From an uncultured delta proteobacterium (GTDB lineage: Bacteria; Myxococcota_A; Polyangia; Polyangiales; Polyangiaceae), in the NCBI GenBank assembly GCA_963841435.1, contig CAWJCS010000001.1, positions 160,001 to 224,000 on the forward strand: 64,000 nucleotides of DNA, given 5' to 3'. Below are positions 59,183-64,000 of this stretch, piece by piece. A program made the translations under genes and the position numbers. Under the pieces are notes generated by a model that made no database searches, was not told the origin of the DNA, and worked only from the letters and a program-made list of their open reading frames with translations. Positions within the stretch are counted from its first letter, which is position 1. Each line of letters starts with the position of its first letter.

Positions 59183-61287
59183 CGTGAGGTCGGAGCGTTT
59201 CGCGCGGCGCGCTCAGCGCCCGAGCTCCCGCCTGCGATGCCTCGGCCGAGCACTTCGCTGCCGAATGGGCCGAGCTCGAGCCGATCCGTGACGTCACGGC
59301 CGTCGAGCAGGCTTTCGAAAGCATGCTTGCCGAGGTCGATGGTCGCCGGGGCGTTCGTGAAATTGATGAGGAAGACGAACTCACGGTCACCCTTGATGCG
59401 GCGCTGCGCCGTCACGCCGAGCGGGAGCTTTACCGCGAGGTTCTTCTCGAGGCCGAGGCGGGCGATGAGAGCGTCGTAGAAAGCGGCGAGCGAGTGCTCG
59501 TCGAAGCGCGCCGCCAAGTAGTACGCGCGGCCCTTGCCGAAAGCGTTCACGGTGAGCGCAGGGCCGCGAGCGTAGTAGTCCTCGGCGTACTCGGCGAGCA
59601 CGGTGGCGCCGCGCCCGTGGATCACCTCGAGGGCCTCGCGCGCCTCGAGGCTTCCCGAGAGCCCGAGCGGATTGCCGGGCAAAACGCGCACGACGCGGGT
59701 TGCCCCGTCGGACAGAACGTCCCATTCCTCGTTCCAGATGCCGAGCACGGCACCGAGCCCCGCGCCCGGAAATCCGCCCAAAAAGGCACGATTGTGCTCG
59801 TCGCAGTAGCCCGTGTAGAGCGTCGCCACCCAGCTACCGCCCGCCTCGACGAACGCGCGCAGGCGATCGGCGACACCGGGCTTGAGCATCCAGAGCTGCG
59901 GCGTGACGACGAGGTCGTAGCCAGAAAAATCACGGGTGCTCGCGATGACGTCCACGGAAATGCCCGCTTGCCAGAACGGCCGATAGTGCTCGATGCACAC
60001 GCGGTCGTACGCGTGGTCGCGCTTGTCGGGGCCCTCCGAGCGCTCGAAGCCCCAGTGTGCCTCCCAGTCGTAGACGACGGCGACGCGCGCCTGGACCATG
60101 CTGCCGAGGATCGGGTCGAGCCGCTCGTAGAGGCGCCCGAGCTCGGCGACCGTCCGGAAAGCGCGCGTGTCCTCGTGCCCCGCGTGGTCAACGACCGCGC
60201 CGTGGAATTTCTCGGCGCCGCCCCGGCCCTTGCGCCACTGGAAATAGCAGGTGCCCTCGGCGCCGTGAGCGAGCGCCTGCAGCATCTCGGCGCGGTGCAC
60301 GCCGGGTCGTTTGGCGCGCATCGGCTGCTTCCACTGCGGCGCCTCCGGGCAGCTCTCCATGAGCATCCAGGGCCGGTCCGGCTTCATGGCTCGGTAGAGG
60401 TCGTCCTTGAAGCTCACGCCCACGGCCGCGCGCCACGCTTCGGGGTCGGTGCCGTCGTAGGCCGGGTACTGGTCGTCGGCGACGAGATCGAGCTCCTCGG
60501 CGACGCGCGCATAGTCGAATCCGCTGAAAAGCCCCATGAAATTCGTCGTGCAGGGCACGCCCGGCGTGAGCTCACGAAGCGGCGCCATCTCCCACCTCAA
60601 AAAGTCGATCACCTGGTCGGTGTTGAAGCGGCGGTAGTCGACGGCCAGCGTGTCGACGGCCCCGTCGCGCGGCTCCACGTCCTCCCAGTTGCGGTAGTCG
60701 TGGCTCCAGAAGCTCGCCCACCATGCGTCGTTGAGCGCCTCGAGCGTCCCGTAGCGTTCCTCGAGCCAGCGCCGGAACCAGCCGATGCAAAGCTCGCAGT
60801 AGCACTCCCCGCTAAATTCGTTCGAGATGTGCCACATGCCGAGCGCGGGATGACCGGCGTAGCGCTCGGCGAGCTTGTGATTGATGGTGCGGACCTTGTC
60901 GCGGTAGATGGGCGACGACCAGCAGTGGTTGTGGCGGCCGGAGTACGGCTCACGACGCCCGCTCCGATCGACACGGCGCGTTTCCGGGTAACGCCGCGCG
61001 AGCCAGGCCGGCTTCGCGCCGCTCGGCGTCGCGAGAATGAGCCTTTGCCCCGCTTTGGCCATGCGCTCGAAAGTCCGGTCGAGCCAGCCGAAATCGAAGA
61101 CGTTTTCCTCCGGCTCGTAGCTCGTCCACGCGAAGATGCCGACGGCGAAGGTATTGGTCCCCGAGAGCTTCATGAGCCGGTAGTCCTCGTCGAGGATGCC
61201 GGGCTCCCGTTGCCACTGGTCGGGGTTGTAGTCGCCGCCGTGGAGGATGCGATGAAAGTCGGGGATGAGCAGGGGGCGCTCGGACAT
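59179..61287 (-). CDS. Beta-galactosidase, GH42
   Basis: GGDYNPDQW, WHISNE, CYCELC, WMLMES, FQWRKGRGGAEKFHGA. Confidence 0.95.
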   Translation of the reverse strand: MSERPLLIPDFHRILHGGDYNPDQWQREPGILDEDYRLMKLSGTNTFAVGIFAWTSYEPEENVFDFGWLDRTFERMAKAGQRLILATPSGAKPAWLARRYPETRRVDRSGRREPYSGRHNHCWSSPIYRDKVRTINHKLAERYAGHPALGMWHISNEFSGECYCELCIGWFRRWLEERYGTLEALNDAWWASFWSHDYRNWEDVEPRDGAVDTLAVDYRRFNTDQVIDFLRWEMAPLRELTPGVPCTTNFMGLFSGFDYARVAEELDLVADDQYPAYDGTDPEAWRAAVGVSFKDDLYRAMKPDRPWMLMESCPEAPQWKQPMRAKRPGVHRAEMLQALAHGAEGTCYFQWRKGRGGAEKFHGAVVDHAGHEDTRAFRTVAELGRLYERLDPILGSMVQARVAVVYDWEAHWGFERSEGPDKRDHAYDRVCIEHYRPFWQAGISVDVIASTRDFSGYDLVVTPQLWMLKPGVADRLRAFVEAGGSWVATLYTGYCDEHNRAFLGGFPGAGLGAVLGIWNEEWDVLSDGATRVVRVLPGNPLGLSGSLEAREALEVIHGRGATVLAEYAEDYYARGPALTVNAFGKGRAYYLAARFDEHSLAAFYDALIARLGLEKNLAVKLPLGVTAQRRIKGDREFVFLINFTNAPATIDLGKHAFESLLDGRDVTDRLELGPFGSEVLGRGIAGGSSGAERAARNAPTSR

Positions 61288-61403
61288 GGGCGCCACCGAG
61301 GCTAGTATCGTTCGGGCGGTCGTGGCAGGTGGGATCGGGCGGTTCGGTGCCGCCCGGCGGGTGATGGCGCGGCCGCGATTGTGATACGAGGGAGCCCGAA
61401 AAC

Positions 61404-63041
61404 ATGCTTCGAACGTCCGAGCTGACGACGGCGTTTCTCTTGGGGCTCGCGCTCCTGTGTCTGGCTCCGAAACCGAAGGGCAAGGCCAAGGACGACGCCG
61501 ATCCGGTGAGCCCCTCGAAGGTGTGGTCGCCCGACAACGGCGACGGCACCTACAAGAACCCCGTCCTTTACGCCGACTATTCGGATCCCGACGTGATCCG
61601 CACAGGCAGCGACTTTTACTTGGTGGCGTCGAGCTTCAGCGCCGTCCCGGGGCTGCCCATCCTGCACTCGAAGGACCTCGTGAGCTGGCAGCTCGTCGGC
61701 CACGCTCTGCCTTCGCTCGAACCGGCGCGCCTTTTCGACACGCCGCAGCACGGCCAAGGCGTGTGGGCGCCGACGCTGCGCGAGCACGCCGGTACCTTCT
61801 ACATTTACTACTCGGATCCGGACGTCGGCATCATGATGACGAGCGCCAAGGACCCGCGCGGCCCCTGGGCCAAGCCCGTCGTCGTGAAGGCCGCGCGCGG
61901 GTGGATCGATCCGTGTCCGTTCTGGGACGACGATGGCAAGGCGTATCTCGTGAACGCCTTTGCGTCGAGTCGCGCGGGCCTGAAGAGCGTGCTCGTCGTG
62001 AGCCGCATGAGCCCCGACGGCACCACGTTGCTCGATGACGGCGTGCTCGCCTTCGACGGCCACGATCGCCACCCCACGATCGAAGGGCCGAAGCTCCACA
62101 AGCGAAACGGCTACTATTACATCTCGGCCCCGGCCGGCGGCGTGCCGTCGGGCTGGCAGGTCGTGCTGCGCTCGCGCACCGTCTACGGGCCCTACGAGGA
62201 CAAGGTAGTGCTCGCACAGGGCAAGAGCGCCGTGAACGGCCCGCACCAGGGCGGCTGGGTCGAGACGGCGAAGGGCCAGTTCTGGTTTTTGCATTTTCAG
62301 GATCGCGGCGCCTACGGCCGCGTCGTCCACCTCGAGCCGATGAAGTGGGTGGATGACTGGCCCGTGATCGGCGACGGCGGCGAGCCCGTGGTCAGCTACA
62401 AGAAGCCGGATGTCGGTCGTGTGTCGGTGCCGCCCACCAACCCGCTCGAGTCCGACGAGTTCAACGGCACGGCACTGGGGCTGCAGTGGCAGTGGGAATC
62501 CAACCCGCAGCCGGGTTGGTTCTTTCCGGTGCCGGGTGCCGGCGTCGCGCGGCTCGCGTGTGTGGCGTTGCCGCGCGCGGCGCGCAATCTCTGGGACGCC
62601 GGTAGCTTGCTGCTGCAGAAGTTTCCGGGGCCGGCCTTCACGGCGACGGCGCGTGTCACGTTCCACGCGCTCAACGAGGGCGACCGTACGGGCCTGGTCG
62701 TGATGGGAACGAGCTACGCCGTGCTCGCGCTCGAGCGCCGCAGTGGAAGCCTCGTCGTGACCGAGCGCGTGGCCGAGGGGGCGGCGACGGGCGGCGGCGA
62801 GCGCGAGCTTGCGTCGGCCACGCTGCGCGGTACGAGCGCGCTCTTGCGGGCGCGCGTGTCCGCGGGCGGTCGTACCGAGCTCTCGTATGGGACGGACAGC
62901 ACGCGCTTCACGCCGCTCGGCGAGCCGTTCGTCGCTCAGCCAGGTCGCTGGGTCGGCGCCAAGATCGGGCTGTTTGCGCAGCGGGGTGTCTCGGGACGTG
63001 AAGCCGGCTACGCGGACTACGATTGGTTTCGCGTCGAATAG
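61404..63041 (+). CDS. GH43 beta-xylosidase/arabinofuranosidase-like protein with C-terminal jelly-roll
   Basis: NPVLYADYSDPDVIR, GVWAP, IDPCPFWDDDG, IEGPK, GPHQGGWV, GRWVGAKIGLF; N-terminal signal peptide. Confidence 0.93.
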   Translation: MLRTSELTTAFLLGLALLCLAPKPKGKAKDDADPVSPSKVWSPDNGDGTYKNPVLYADYSDPDVIRTGSDFYLVASSFSAVPGLPILHSKDLVSWQLVGHALPSLEPARLFDTPQHGQGVWAPTLREHAGTFYIYYSDPDVGIMMTSAKDPRGPWAKPVVVKAARGWIDPCPFWDDDGKAYLVNAFASSRAGLKSVLVVSRMSPDGTTLLDDGVLAFDGHDRHPTIEGPKLHKRNGYYYISAPAGGVPSGWQVVLRSRTVYGPYEDKVVLAQGKSAVNGPHQGGWVETAKGQFWFLHFQDRGAYGRVVHLEPMKWVDDWPVIGDGGEPVVSYKKPDVGRVSVPPTNPLESDEFNGTALGLQWQWESNPQPGWFFPVPGAGVARLACVALPRAARNLWDAGSLLLQKFPGPAFTATARVTFHALNEGDRTGLVVMGTSYAVLALERRSGSLVVTERVAEGAATGGGERELASATLRGTSALLRARVSAGGRTELSYGTDSTRFTPLGEPFVAQPGRWVGAKIGLFAQRGVSGREAGYADYDWFRVE

Positions 63042-63275
63042 CGCGCGCGAGCCCGTGAACGCGGGGGCTTCTGGGTCAGCACAGCTTGTCCCCACAGTGT
63101 GGGGAACTCGCCTACAGCCGCGCCCAATCGTTGCAAAACGTCTCAGTGACGGTACCGAATCGGGCTCGGGAGCGCGTCGAGGCACTTACGTAAAGCTCGA
63201 CACGACGAGCCGCAAATCGCTCGAAACCTCGCCGAAGCTTGGACACTGCTGCCATAAAGCTCCGTGACCAGTGCC

Positions 63276-64000
63276 ATGAAAGATCCTCTCGGATCGGGGT
63301 CGGGTGCGCCGCTATCGCATGGCTTTCGCGCGAACCTCACCGCGAGCCTCGCCGATCTCGTGCAGATGGAGTGCCTCGCGCGCTCGACGCAGGTGATCCG
63401 CGTCATCTCGGGGGGCGATGTCGGGTACCTGTATTTCCAGGCCGGTCAGATCGTCCACGCCATGAGCTCGAGCTCCGTTGGCGAGGCCGCCGCGCTCGAG
63501 ATCCTGCGCTGGGAGCAGGGGTCGTTCGAGCCGTGCAGCGCCGGTTGGACGTCGGCCCCCACCATCTCCAGGTCCTGGCAGGCGCTGCTCATGCAAGCGG
63601 CTGCCGAAAGCGACGAGGCGCGTCGGGACAGCCAGCGCAACAACACCGTTGTGAACTTTCCGCGCGAGAAAGCCGTGGGTTCGACCATGCCTGAGAAGTC
63701 CCCGCCGACCCTGTCGAACCATCCGCGCACCACCGTGACGTCCTCGCAGAGCCCTCCGAGCGTCCAACCGTCCTCAACCCCGACCGGGCGCGGGATCGAT
63801 CGCGCGGTTCGCCTCGACGCCGAGGGCAAGGTGGTCTCCGCTCGTGGTGACGCCGAAGAGCTCGCCTCGGTGACGGCCTACGCGACGCGGCTCGCCGCGC
63901 TCGTCGGCGAGCGGCTCGGTATGGAGGAGCTTCGCGCCGTCGAGTGCCTGACAGCCACGACTCGGCGGCTGTTCTACGTCGAAAAGAGCGGCAACCTCAT
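63276..64000 (+). CDS. DUF4388-domain protein with possible roadblock/LC7-like C-terminal domain (3' end beyond the window)
   Basis: Own translation from ATG 63276: GFRANLTASLADLVQMECL...GYLYFQAGQIVHA...GEAAALEILRWEQGSF; open to the window end, so absent from the ORF track. Confidence 0.8.
   Translation, partial: MKDPLGSGSGAPLSHGFRANLTASLADLVQMECLARSTQVIRVISGGDVGYLYFQAGQIVHAMSSSSVGEAAALEILRWEQGSFEPCSAGWTSAPTISRSWQALLMQAAAESDEARRDSQRNNTVVNFPREKAVGSTMPEKSPPTLSNHPRTTVTSSQSPPSVQPSSTPTGRGIDRAVRLDAEGKVVSARGDAEELASVTAYATRLAALVGERLGMEELRAVECLTATTRRLFYVEKSGNL

Overview
High-GC window whose gene content points to a myxobacterium of the Polyangiaceae/Sorangiineae type (inferred from a MYXO-CTERM protein, a MXAN_5187-C-terminal-type protein, Gly/Cys-rich lipoproteins, Hanks kinases and a PEGA/TPR protein). 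Housekeeping and metabolic genes: groES-groEL (CIRCE, sigma70-like promoter, terminator), copA, ppx, a glutamate-cysteine ligase, GH16/GH42/GH43 hydrolases, NfeD-SPFH, a Ca/Na antiporter and an ABC exporter. Strongest leads: (1) a 1556-aa lipoprotein with three Cys-capped receptor-L-domain-like solenoids that share one repeat code, next to a membrane Ser/Thr kinase, a Cys-rich lipoprotein and a TPR-PEGA protein; (2) six GT-C-like membrane proteins, three with charged, mostly basic C-terminal tails; (3) a ~200-bp CTAG-flanked MITE, with a related end at the window start; (4) a second degenerate CIRCE towards two uncharacterised genes divergent from groES; (5) a Cys-less homocysteine-methyltransferase-like gene upstream of the ligase; (6) an ECF sigma/FecR-TPR/beta-barrel module flanked by glycan-binding lipoproteins. 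Lesions: a 1-bp frameshift in an lgt-like gene, a 4x15-bp duplication of the ppx stop, a 5'-truncated methyltransferase and an orphan beta-strand gene remnant. No rRNA, tRNA, CRISPR array or transposase was found. All family calls come from motif recognition by eye, with no database search.
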